Program-made: the position numbers and the translations under genes
Notes under the pieces: generated by a model
Databases searched by the model: none
Told to the model about the DNA's origin: nothing
What the model saw: the letters and a program-made list of their open reading frames with translations, nothing else
In this document: piece after piece, positions 55,660 through 64,000 of the stretch
Numbering within the stretch: position 1 is the stretch's first letter
How the letters are laid out: each line of letters starts with the position of its first letter
DNA from: Thermoleophilia bacterium
Lineage (GTDB): Bacteria; Actinomycetota; Thermoleophilia; UBA2241
Direction of reading: 5' to 3'
Length of the DNA: 64,000 nt
NCBI GenBank assembly: GCA_040769125.1
Contig: JAXGLO010000001.1
Span: 1,565,041-1,629,040 of the forward strand

Positions 55660-57029
55660 AGATTCGCCTCATCGAGCCTGAACCGCCCGGCATTCACACG
55701 TTCAGCAAGGTCCTTCTCCCGCGCCTCGGCCTGCCGATCATCGCCGCGAAGCTCAAGGCGGCCGGCCACGACGTGCTGATCTACAACCCGCAGATGGCGC
55801 CGATCGACTGGGACGACGTCTACGGCGCCGAGATCGTCGGGCTGTCGAGCACCACCTCGACGGCGCCCACCGCCTACCAGATCAGCGAAGATCTGCGCGG
55901 CCGCGGCATCAAGGTGGTGATCGGCGGCTCGCACGTGACCTTCATGGCCGAGGAGGCGCTCCAGCACACCGACTTCGTGGCCCGTGGCGAGGGCGGCGAG
56001 CTGCTCATGCTCGAGCTCGTCGAGGCGCTCGAGGGCCGGCGCGAGCTGGAGAGCATCGCCGGGCTCTCGTTCCTGCGCGACGGCGTCGCGCAGCACAACC
56101 CGCCGCGGGAACGCTGCGCCGACCTCGACACGCTGCCCCACCCCGACATCAGTGCCATCCGCGGCCACGAGCGCCTGCTCACGACCCCGATCATGACCAG
56201 CTGGGGCTGCCCCTTCGACTGCACCTTCTGCTCGGTCACGGCGATGTTCGGCAAGAAGTACCGCTTCCGCAGCGCCGAGAGCGTGCTCGCCGAGATCCGC
56301 GAGAAGAAGCCCAAGCGCATCTTCTTCTACGACGACAACCTCGCCGCCAACAAGCGCCGCCTCAAGGAGCTTCTACGCGGCATGATCGCCGAGGATCTCT
56401 GCGTGCCCTGGATGGCGCAGGTCCGCACCGACGTCGTGCGCGACGAGGAGCTGCTCGACCTCATGAAGCGGTCGGGCTGCCTGATCGTCTTCCTCGGCCT
56501 CGAGTCGGTCAGCCAGGAGACGCTGAACGCCTACCACAAGAGCCAGACGGTCCAGGACATCGCCGATTCAATCCGCAAGCTGCACGACGTCGGGATCCTC
56601 AGCCACGGCATGTTCGTGCTGGGCGCCGACCCCGACACGCTGCGCACCATCACCGACACCGTCGAGTTCGCGCTGAAGAACGATATCGACTCGATCATGA
56701 TGAGCGCCCTGACGCCGCTGCCGGGCACGGCTCAGTACGACGAGCTGGAGTCCGCCGGCCGCATCTTCGACCATCGCTGGGAGCACTACGACTCACACCA
56801 CGTCGTCTTCCACCCCAGGCACATGCGCGCTTGCGAGCTGCAAGACGAAGTGCTGCGCGCCTACAAGCGCTTCTACTCCCGCCGTCGGTGGCTTAAGGCG
56901 GCGCTCAGCTTCAACGCGGTCAAGGTACTCCTCAAGAGCTGGGGCCGCTGGACGATCAAGGCGTGGTGCAAAGACGAGCGCAACCAGGCGTTCATGGAGT
57001 ATCTCAGGAAGCTGCCCGCTCCCAAGTGA
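55656..57029 (+). CDS. B12-binding-domain radical SAM protein
   Basis: PRLGL...GGSHVT...VARGEG B12-like domain, CPFDCTFC (CxxxCxxC), DDN, GLES and TPLPGT motifs. Confidence 0.92.
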   Translation: MKIRLIEPEPPGIHTFSKVLLPRLGLPIIAAKLKAAGHDVLIYNPQMAPIDWDDVYGAEIVGLSSTTSTAPTAYQISEDLRGRGIKVVIGGSHVTFMAEEALQHTDFVARGEGGELLMLELVEALEGRRELESIAGLSFLRDGVAQHNPPRERCADLDTLPHPDISAIRGHERLLTTPIMTSWGCPFDCTFCSVTAMFGKKYRFRSAESVLAEIREKKPKRIFFYDDNLAANKRRLKELLRGMIAEDLCVPWMAQVRTDVVRDEELLDLMKRSGCLIVFLGLESVSQETLNAYHKSQTVQDIADSIRKLHDVGILSHGMFVLGADPDTLRTITDTVEFALKNDIDSIMMSALTPLPGTAQYDELESAGRIFDHRWEHYDSHHVVFHPRHMRACELQDEVLRAYKRFYSRRRWLKAALSFNAVKVLLKSWGRWTIKAWCKDERNQAFMEYLRKLPAPK

Positions 57030-57044
57030 GCGCGGCGGCTCAGC

Positions 57045-59747
57045 TCACTCGATGTGCAGCCTGCGCAGAGCGACTCCGATGAAGTCCATGAGCAGCATGG
57101 CGGCCACACCGATCGCCGCGATGACCACCCACAGGCCGAGCGTAAGGCCGTCCGTCTTGAAGGCGACCTGCATGAAGGGCGCGTAGGTGAAGAGCGCCTG
57201 AAGAGCGACGACGACGGCCACGCCGAGCAGGATGATCCGGTTGCTGAGCGGGTTGTAGGTGAATAGCGAGCGACGCAGCGAGCGGCAGGCGAACAGGTAG
57301 AAGATCTGCACCGACATGAAGACGTTGACGGCGGCCGTACGCGCGACGGCGTCGCCCAGGCCGCGGCCCTCAACCCAGTCGAATACGGCGAAGGCCGTGA
57401 TGAGCAGGATAAGGCCGGCCACGATGATGCGGATAAGGACCGAGCGCGTGATGATCGGCGCGCCTGGCGCCCGCGGCGGGCGCGTCATGATGCCCGGCTC
57501 TTTGGGCTCGAAGGCCAGACCGAGGCCGAGCAGCACGGCCGTGATCATGTTGATCCACAGGATCTGCAGCGGCAGGATCGGCAGGACCGTGCCGAGCAGG
57601 ATACCGGCGATGATCACGAGGCCCTGCCCCACATTCGTGGGCAGGGCGTACGCGAGGAACTTGACGAGATTGTCGAAGACGCCGCGACCCTCCTCGACGG
57701 CGGCCTCGATCGACGCGAAGTTGTCGTCGGTGAGCACCATGTCGGCCGCTTCTTTGGCCACATCGGTGCCGCTGATCCCCATGGCCACGCCGATATCGGC
57801 CTGCTTGAGGGCGGGCGCGTCGTTGACGCCGTCTCCGGTCATGGCCACGATGCTGCCGCGGGACTGCAGCGCCTCTACAAGGCGGAGCTTCTGCTCGGGC
57901 GAGACGCGCGCGAACACGTCGATGTGATTGGCGAGATCGATGAACTCTCTGTCGTTCAGGGCGACCATCTCGGCGCCGGTGACGACCACCGAGCCCTCGC
58001 CGGCGAGACCGATCTGGCCGGCGATGGCCGCGGCCGTGGCCGCATGGTCGCCGGTGATCATCTTCACCGTCACGCCTGCCTGGTGGCAGGCGTGCACCGC
58101 CGCAATAGCCTCAGTGCGGGGCGGGTCCATCATGGCCTGGAATCCCAGGAAGGTGAGGCCCGAGGCGACGTCATCGTGGGCGAGCTCGTCGTGGCCGGCG
58201 GGCAGCTCTGCCCTCGCGAAGGCGAGCACCCGCAGCCCGCTCGCCGCCAGGGCGTAGACGTCCGCCAGCACCGCCTCGACGTCGAGCGGCGCCGGAGCGC
58301 CGTCGGGCCCGATGGCGACCTCGCAGCGTTCGAGCACCTGTTCGACGGCGCCCTTTAGGTAGACGACGTGGCCGTCGGACGCGAGCCCGAGCCCGCCTGC
58401 CCCGGCGTCGGCACCACTCCCGTGCAGCGTCGCCATGTACTGGTATGAGCTCTCGAAGGGAATGACGTCGAGGCGCGGCAGCAGCGCGAGTTCGGCGTCA
58501 CGCTGGAGACCCGCCTTCATGGCGCTCGTGATCAAGGCGCCCTCGGTAGGATCGCCCACGACCTGCCAGCCGCCCCCGCTCTCGGTGAGCGACGCATCGT
58601 TGCAGAGCAAGCCGGCGCGCAGCGTCTCGAGGGCGACTGGCCCTGGAGCCGGCGTGATCTCGCCGATGGGCCCGTACCCGCCGCCGCTCGCCGCGAAGCG
58701 CTCCCCGCCGGCCACGATACGCTGCACCGTCATCTGGTTCTTGGTGAGGGTTCCGGTCTTGTCGGTACAGATGACCGTCGTGGAGCCGAGCGCCTCCACG
58801 GCGGGCAGCTTGCGAATGATCGCCCGCTGCCTGGCCATGCGGTGAACCCCGATGGCAAGCGTGATCGTGACGGCGGCCGGAAGCCCCTCGGGGATGGCGG
58901 CCACGGCGAGGGCGATAGACGCCGTGAACATCTCGACGAGCCCCTGGCCGCGCAGCAGGCCGACGGCCATGGTGAGCGCCGCGAGGCCGATGATGACAAT
59001 GAGCAGCAGGCGCGAAAACTGGTCGATCTTCCTCGACAGCGGCGTCTTGAGGTCGCCGGCCTCGGCGATGAGCTGGCTGATGAGACCGACCTGGGTCTTG
59101 TCCCCGATGGCGATCGCGACGCCCGCAGCCATGCCGTTGGTCACCAGGGAGGAGGCGTAGGCCATGCCTACCCGCTCCGCCAGCGCACAGTCCCGGGCCA
59201 CGTGCTCGCAGCTCTTCTCGACCGGCAGCGACTCTCCCGTCAGGGCCGACTCGTCGACCCGCAACTCGCGCACACGCGTGAGCCGCAGATCGGCCGGCAC
59301 CTTGTCGCCGGCCTGAAGCAGCACCAGGTCGCCGGGCACGATCTCCTCGGCCGGGAGGCGGACCTGCTCGCCCGCCCGCATGATCGTCGCCTCCGTGGTC
59401 ATCGACTGGCGCAGCGCCTCGATGGCCGCTACGGCGCGCGCCTCCTGCACATACCCGACGACTGCGTTGAGCAGGACGACGCCGAAGATCACCGTGGCAT
59501 CGATACAGTCACCGAGGACGACGGTGACGATGCCCGCGACCACAAGGATGGCAACCAGTGGGTCGGTGAACTGCACGGCGAAGCGGCGTAGCTCGCTGGG
59601 GCCTTTTGGCGGGGTCAGGGCGTTCGGCCCGAACTGCTCCTGGCGATGCTCGACGGCCAAGACGTCGAGGCCGTTCTCGACGTCCGCTTCGAGGAGGTCA
59701 ACGACCTCCTCGGCCGGAAGCGCGTGCCAGTGTTGATCGGCGAGCAT
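57045..59747 (-). CDS. P-type ATPase, type IIA (Ca2+/cation, CtpF-like)
   Basis: LTGES, IPEGLP, DKTGT, GDPTE, KGAVE, MITGD and TGDGVNDAPAL motifs. Confidence 0.95.
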   Translation of the reverse strand: MLADQHWHALPAEEVVDLLEADVENGLDVLAVEHRQEQFGPNALTPPKGPSELRRFAVQFTDPLVAILVVAGIVTVVLGDCIDATVIFGVVLLNAVVGYVQEARAVAAIEALRQSMTTEATIMRAGEQVRLPAEEIVPGDLVLLQAGDKVPADLRLTRVRELRVDESALTGESLPVEKSCEHVARDCALAERVGMAYASSLVTNGMAAGVAIAIGDKTQVGLISQLIAEAGDLKTPLSRKIDQFSRLLLIVIIGLAALTMAVGLLRGQGLVEMFTASIALAVAAIPEGLPAAVTITLAIGVHRMARQRAIIRKLPAVEALGSTTVICTDKTGTLTKNQMTVQRIVAGGERFAASGGGYGPIGEITPAPGPVALETLRAGLLCNDASLTESGGGWQVVGDPTEGALITSAMKAGLQRDAELALLPRLDVIPFESSYQYMATLHGSGADAGAGGLGLASDGHVVYLKGAVEQVLERCEVAIGPDGAPAPLDVEAVLADVYALAASGLRVLAFARAELPAGHDELAHDDVASGLTFLGFQAMMDPPRTEAIAAVHACHQAGVTVKMITGDHAATAAAIAGQIGLAGEGSVVVTGAEMVALNDREFIDLANHIDVFARVSPEQKLRLVEALQSRGSIVAMTGDGVNDAPALKQADIGVAMGISGTDVAKEAADMVLTDDNFASIEAAVEEGRGVFDNLVKFLAYALPTNVGQGLVIIAGILLGTVLPILPLQILWINMITAVLLGLGLAFEPKEPGIMTRPPRAPGAPIITRSVLIRIIVAGLILLITAFAVFDWVEGRGLGDAVARTAAVNVFMSVQIFYLFACRSLRRSLFTYNPLSNRIILLGVAVVVALQALFTYAPFMQVAFKTDGLTLGLWVVIAAIGVAAMLLMDFIGVALRRLHIE

Positions 59748-59903
59748 CAGGACAGCGCTTCCTCCTTGAGTGCGTACAGTCGGTCGGGCCCGCGACGCAC
59801 GCCCGGCTCAGCCGGTGCTTCCTTGAATCATACCAGCGATGGCAGCCCCGCCCCCAATCTTCCGGGCGGGGCCGCCTCGATCACCTCGCGTCGCAGCCTC
59901 CGC

Positions 59904-62453
59904 TCACTCGTAATGGATCGCGTCCAGGATGTCGATCCGCACCGCCCGGCGCGCCGGCAGGATGGCGGCGATCACACCGACGAGGATGCCGATCACCAGG
60001 AACACCACGAGCTGCACGCCGGGGATCGAGAAAGTGATCCCCTGCCCCGCGAAGCGCGTCGTCACCACCCAGGCGAAGAGGATGCCCACGGCGATGCCTA
60101 GCAGCGAGCCGATGATCGACGTGATCACGCTCTCGTAGCGTACGATAGATCGCACTTGGCGGCGGGACATACCGATGGCACGCAGCAGCCCGATCTCGCG
60201 AGTGCGCTCGTAGACGGAGAGCACCAGCGTATTGACGATGCCGAACACCGAGATAATCACGCTCAGGGCGAGCAGGCCGTACAGTAGGTTGAGGATCTGG
60301 CTCAGCTTGCCGACCACGGTCTCCTTGAACTCTGCACCCGTCTGCACGGTGACGGAGGGCACGTCCTCAAGAGCGGCGGTGATCGCGGCCTTCGTCTCGT
60401 CGACGCCGGCCGCCGGCACGCGATCCGCGATGATCATCATGGGCACGGCCCTCGAGAACAGCGCCGCGTATCCCTCCTTGCCCACCGCGATCCCGTCGAG
60501 CATCATGGGGTCACGGTAGATGCCGCGCACCCGCAGCTCCGCGCGTTTACCGTCGGCTGTGGTCACCTTCAGCGCGTCCCCGACGCCGACGGCAAGGCTC
60601 TTGGCCGTCTGCTCCTCGAGGATCGCGTCGTCGGCGCCGAGCGCCGTCAACGCGCGGTCTCCAGGGCCTTCGAGCCACTCGAACTGCCACAACCGCGAGA
60701 GAGCGTGCTGATCGATGCCCCAGATGATGGATATGTCGCCGCCCTTTACCTGCACCTCCTGGGCGTCAAGAGTCACCGCCTCCTGGACGTCGGAGACGCT
60801 GCGCACGCGCATCAGCAACTCGGCCGGCAGCGGCATATTGGTTGAGCCGACGATGAGATAGTCGGCGCGCACGGTACGGTCGAAGGTGTCGATAAAGGAG
60901 CTCTTCATCCCCTGGGCAACCACCGCCACGAAGACGACAACGCCAAGACCGATCATGAGCGCCGAGGCCGTTGCCGCCGTGCGCGCGGGGTTGCGCCGGC
61001 TGTTGTCGCGCGCCAGCCGGCCGCTGACCGGCGAGAACGCCTGCAGCGGCCAGCCGAGGAGGCCGACCAGCGGGGGCACGAGATACTTGCTCACCATCGC
61101 CACGGCGATGAAGACCAGGACCGCGCCCGCAGCGATGACGCCGAGGCGCTGGGCCGTGGTACCCGGGCCGTACATTCCGCCGACGATGCCGAGCGCTCCG
61201 AGCGCCGCCACCGCAGCGGCGGCGTAGGGCGTAAGCCAGGCGTACCGCGAGCGAGGCGGCTCCGTGCCCTCCTGCAGCGCCGCGATGGGCGGCACACGAG
61301 TGGCACGTACAGCCGGCACCAGCGCCGACAGGAGCGTCACGACGATCCCCACGGCGAAGGCCACGACGACCGTGCGCAGCTCCATCACGAGCCCGCTCTG
61401 CGGAATGTCCATGCCGAACTGCTTGAAGGCGGAGTTGACGGCGGCCGCCACACCGAGGCCGGCGAAGAGACCGAGAAGCGAGGCGAAGGCGCCCATGAGC
61501 AGCGCCTCGCCGGCGATGCTCCCTAGTACCTGTCTGCGTGAGGCCCCGAGCGCGCGCAGCATGCCGAGCTCGCGCCGCCGCTGCGCCACCGTCATGGAGA
61601 AGGCGTTGAAGATGATGAAGGCGCCCACCAGGATGGCGATCCCACCGAAGGAGAGCAGGGCCGGCGTGAGGAAGGTGCCGACGGCGTCGCTGATCAGTTT
61701 GGTCTGGTCGGCCGCGGTCTGCTCTCCCGTCTTGACCTCGACATCCGCGGGGAGCGCGCCGCGAATGCGCTTCGCCAGCTCCTTGGCCGGCACTCCGGGG
61801 GTCGCCTGGGCGTCGATCCCGGAGACTCTGCCGGACATCCCGAACCAGCTCTGGGCATCATCCAGGGTGCTGTACACGATGAGCGAGCCGCCCAGCGACG
61901 ACTGCTCGGCGTAGCGGAACACACCCGAGACGCGAGCCTGCTCCGCCCGCTCCGCCGTGATCACGGTGATCGGCGAGCCCACGCTCAGCTTCTGGCCGGT
62001 GGCGAGCCGCTCGATGATGCCGACCTCGCCGCGCTGTGAGGGAGGCGCACCCTGGATGTACTCCGGCGGCGTCAGGTCATCGGCCGAGCAGGAGAAGAAG
62101 AGGGTCGGGGCGCCGCCGGTGGCAACCACCTCGCCCTTCACCGCCACGGCCCCCACCGCCGCGACGTAACCCGTCGTTTTGGCAACGCCGTCCACCGACT
62201 TGACGGTGCCGACCATGGACTCGGGCAGCCCGGTCGCAGCGCCCCCCATCTGGTCGGTGAACGCAGTCTTCTGCGCCACCGTCACATCGACACCCTCGTA
62301 AGCGCTGGACAGGATCTGCTTGAATCCCCGGTCGATCTGATCGGTGAGCACGAACGTGCCGCTGATCATGGCCACCCCAAGCAGGATGGCGAGCATCGTG
62401 AAGAGCGTGCGGAGCTTGTGCGCCCAGACGCTGCGCCACGCGACACGGATCAT
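59904..62453 (-). CDS. ABC transporter permease (duplicated FtsX/MacB-type)
   Basis: Two FtsX-type halves: QRRRELGMLRALGAS and ERTREIGLLRAIGM. Confidence 0.93.
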   Translation of the reverse strand: MIRVAWRSVWAHKLRTLFTMLAILLGVAMISGTFVLTDQIDRGFKQILSSAYEGVDVTVAQKTAFTDQMGGAATGLPESMVGTVKSVDGVAKTTGYVAAVGAVAVKGEVVATGGAPTLFFSCSADDLTPPEYIQGAPPSQRGEVGIIERLATGQKLSVGSPITVITAERAEQARVSGVFRYAEQSSLGGSLIVYSTLDDAQSWFGMSGRVSGIDAQATPGVPAKELAKRIRGALPADVEVKTGEQTAADQTKLISDAVGTFLTPALLSFGGIAILVGAFIIFNAFSMTVAQRRRELGMLRALGASRRQVLGSIAGEALLMGAFASLLGLFAGLGVAAAVNSAFKQFGMDIPQSGLVMELRTVVVAFAVGIVVTLLSALVPAVRATRVPPIAALQEGTEPPRSRYAWLTPYAAAAVAALGALGIVGGMYGPGTTAQRLGVIAAGAVLVFIAVAMVSKYLVPPLVGLLGWPLQAFSPVSGRLARDNSRRNPARTAATASALMIGLGVVVFVAVVAQGMKSSFIDTFDRTVRADYLIVGSTNMPLPAELLMRVRSVSDVQEAVTLDAQEVQVKGGDISIIWGIDQHALSRLWQFEWLEGPGDRALTALGADDAILEEQTAKSLAVGVGDALKVTTADGKRAELRVRGIYRDPMMLDGIAVGKEGYAALFSRAVPMMIIADRVPAAGVDETKAAITAALEDVPSVTVQTGAEFKETVVGKLSQILNLLYGLLALSVIISVFGIVNTLVLSVYERTREIGLLRAIGMSRRQVRSIVRYESVITSIIGSLLGIAVGILFAWVVTTRFAGQGITFSIPGVQLVVFLVIGILVGVIAAILPARRAVRIDILDAIHYE

Positions 62454-63277
62454 CGGACGTCCTCGAGCGATTGAATGACCCCGTAGATATCGTCGCTCCC
62501 GAGGCAGCCACAATCATGAGCGATGATGCCGTCCTTGAGGAAGACGATGCGGTCGGCGTACGTAGCCGCATGAGCGTCGTGCGTGACCATGACCACCGTC
62601 TGGCCGAGCTCATCGCATGAATGCCTGAGGAGCTGGAGCACCTCCTCACCCGTACGCGAGTCGAGATTGCCGGTGGGCTCGTCGGCGAAGAGCACAGCGG
62701 GCCGCGTCGCGAGCGCTCGCGCCACAGCCACGCGCTGCTGCTGCCCGCCTGAGAGCTCGGCCGGCCTGTGCCTGAGGCGATCGCGCAGACCGACGGTGTC
62801 GATCAGCTGCTCGACCCACTCCCTGTCGCCCTTGCGCCCCGCGATCGTCAAGGGCAGCACGATGTTCTCCCTCGCATTGAGCGTGGGCAGCAGGTTGAAC
62901 GTCTGGAAGATGAAGCCGACCTTATCGCGCCGCAGGCGCGTGAGGGCCCTCTCCTTCAACCTCGTGATCTCGACGCCGTCGACCCACACGCCGCCGGCTG
63001 TGGGTCTGTCGAGACCCGCAAGGATGTGCATCAGCGTCGACTTGCCGGAGCCCGACGGGCCCATGATCGCCGTGTAAGCGCCGCGCCCGAGATCGATGCT
63101 CACCCCTGCGAGAGCGTGAACCACGGCGGCGCCGACCCCGTAGTCGCGCGTGATGTCGCGGGCCTGCACAACCGCGTCACCGATGGCGGCATCCGCCGCG
63201 GTGGCGCACGCGGCCGCTGTAGCTGTGGTCAGTGGAGCTGCCGTGCCCGGCGTCTGAGTCTGAGTGCCGTTGTCCAA
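62450..63277 (-). CDS. ABC transporter ATP-binding protein (LolD/MacB-like)
   Basis: [32 protein letters not shown] and VTHD motifs. Confidence 0.96.
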   Translation of the reverse strand: MDNGTQTQTPGTAAPLTTATAAACATAADAAIGDAVVQARDITRDYGVGAAVVHALAGVSIDLGRGAYTAIMGPSGSGKSTLMHILAGLDRPTAGGVWVDGVEITRLKERALTRLRRDKVGFIFQTFNLLPTLNARENIVLPLTIAGRKGDREWVEQLIDTVGLRDRLRHRPAELSGGQQQRVAVARALATRPAVLFADEPTGNLDSRTGEEVLQLLRHSCDELGQTVVMVTHDAHAATYADRIVFLKDGIIAHDCGCLGSDDIYGVIQSLEDVR

Positions 63278-63318
63278 CGTATCTCCCTCGCTCCTGGCCT
63301 TGGTGTCTGGGAATCGCC

Positions 63319-63345
63319 GACCGGCCGCGCGACGCGCGGCCGGTC
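63319..63345. terminator. GC-rich 12-bp hairpin between the last gene and the ABC ATPase
   Basis: GACCGGCCGCGC-gac-GCGCGGCCGGTC; no U-tract. Confidence 0.4.
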
Positions 63346-63386
63346 CTCCTTATGGTCTCCTTCTACATCCCGCGCGGCCGTGAGGC

Positions 63387-64000
63387 CTAGTCCGTCGCCG
63401 GCCGTTGAGACGCCGGGGGCTCTTCATCTCCCGCCGGGGGCTCTCCTTCCGCCGGAGGCTCTCCGCCCGCAGGAGATTGAGGCGTGTCGCCGGCCGGCGG
63501 CGCCTCGACTGCCGTCGGCGTCTCAACGGCAGGCGGCGCCTCGACAGCTGGAGCGTCAGCACCGGTCGCGCCCGGGCTCATTTCGATCGACGCTGGCCCT
63601 GCTCCTGCCCCAACGGGTGCCGACGACGAAGCCTCAGCCACCCGCCGCTCACGCAGCCACTGCGCCGTCGCCAGAACCACGGCGCCGGCGCCGAACACCA
63701 TCATCACCACCAGCGCCACAACGCCACCGACGGGGATGCGCGAGACGAGCGCAGTGCCCACCGCGCCGAGCGCCGTGGCCAGCATCAGGTTGTCCTTATG
63801 GCGCGTGCCGCCGAGCACGCGCTCGGCGATGAACGCCGCCACCGTCGTCGTCGCAAAGAAGTAGGCGAGCAGCACGAACAGGATGTACGGCAGCACGACG
63901 AGCAGCCCCACGATGCTGACGACGAGGATGATGAGGATGACGGGCACTGCGACGAAGAAAGTGAGTGCGCCCCACCCCAGAGATCCCGCCGTTCTGCCCG
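63387..64000 (-). CDS. Multi-pass membrane protein, C-terminal part (5' end outside window), with Pro/Ala/Glu repeat tail
   Basis: The frame runs to the window edge; several TMs (SIVGLLV, IPVGGV) resemble the membrane domain that follows bactofilin-like repeats. Confidence 0.65.
   Translation of the reverse strand, partial: GRTAGSLGWGALTFFVAVPVILIILVVSIVGLLVVLPYILFVLLAYFFATTTVAAFIAERVLGGTRHKDNLMLATALGAVGTALVSRIPVGGVVALVVMMVFGAGAVVLATAQWLRERRVAEASSSAPVGAGAGPASIEMSPGATGADAPAVEAPPAVETPTAVEAPPAGDTPQSPAGGEPPAEGEPPAGDEEPPASQRPATD

Overview
A very GC-rich (about 70% by eye) chromosomal segment of an Actinomycetota bacterium. It is most consistent with a deep-branching lineage such as Thermoleophilia (inferred from gene order, a dcw cluster without ftsA, and a PafBC-type regulator). 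Bases 1-31 kb are mostly housekeeping: rpsT (partial), holA-comEC-comEA, leuS, tRNA-Ala(GGC), a STAS anti-anti-sigma factor, a tandem Zn-finger protein, secDF, the dcw cluster (mraZ-rsmH-ftsL-ftsI-murE-murF-mraY-murD-ftsW-murG-murC-ftsQ-ftsZ), a LysM protein, pyrF and pcrA. Bases 31-64 kb are more accessory: a DUF211 + VIT1/CCC1-like pair, a cysK-larE-cysE operon whose Rrf2 regulator has lost its DNA-binding domain but kept its promoter and operator, a fused double-WYL PafBC-like regulator, a GAF-PP2C phosphatase, a second UvrD-like helicase, an FmdB Zn-ribbon protein, rmuC, a secreted C39/papain-like peptidase + lipoprotein pair behind a structured 5' leader, a DUF697-like protein, mntP, khtT/khtU, a HAD hydrolase, a coiled-coil lytic transglycosylase, a collapsed ABC permease-tetR-radical SAM unit, a P-type ATPase and an ABC exporter. 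I saw no integrase, transposase, cas gene or true CRISPR array. Short tandem duplications are frequent at gene 3' ends and in intergenic gaps. All calls come from motif recognition only; no database searches were run.
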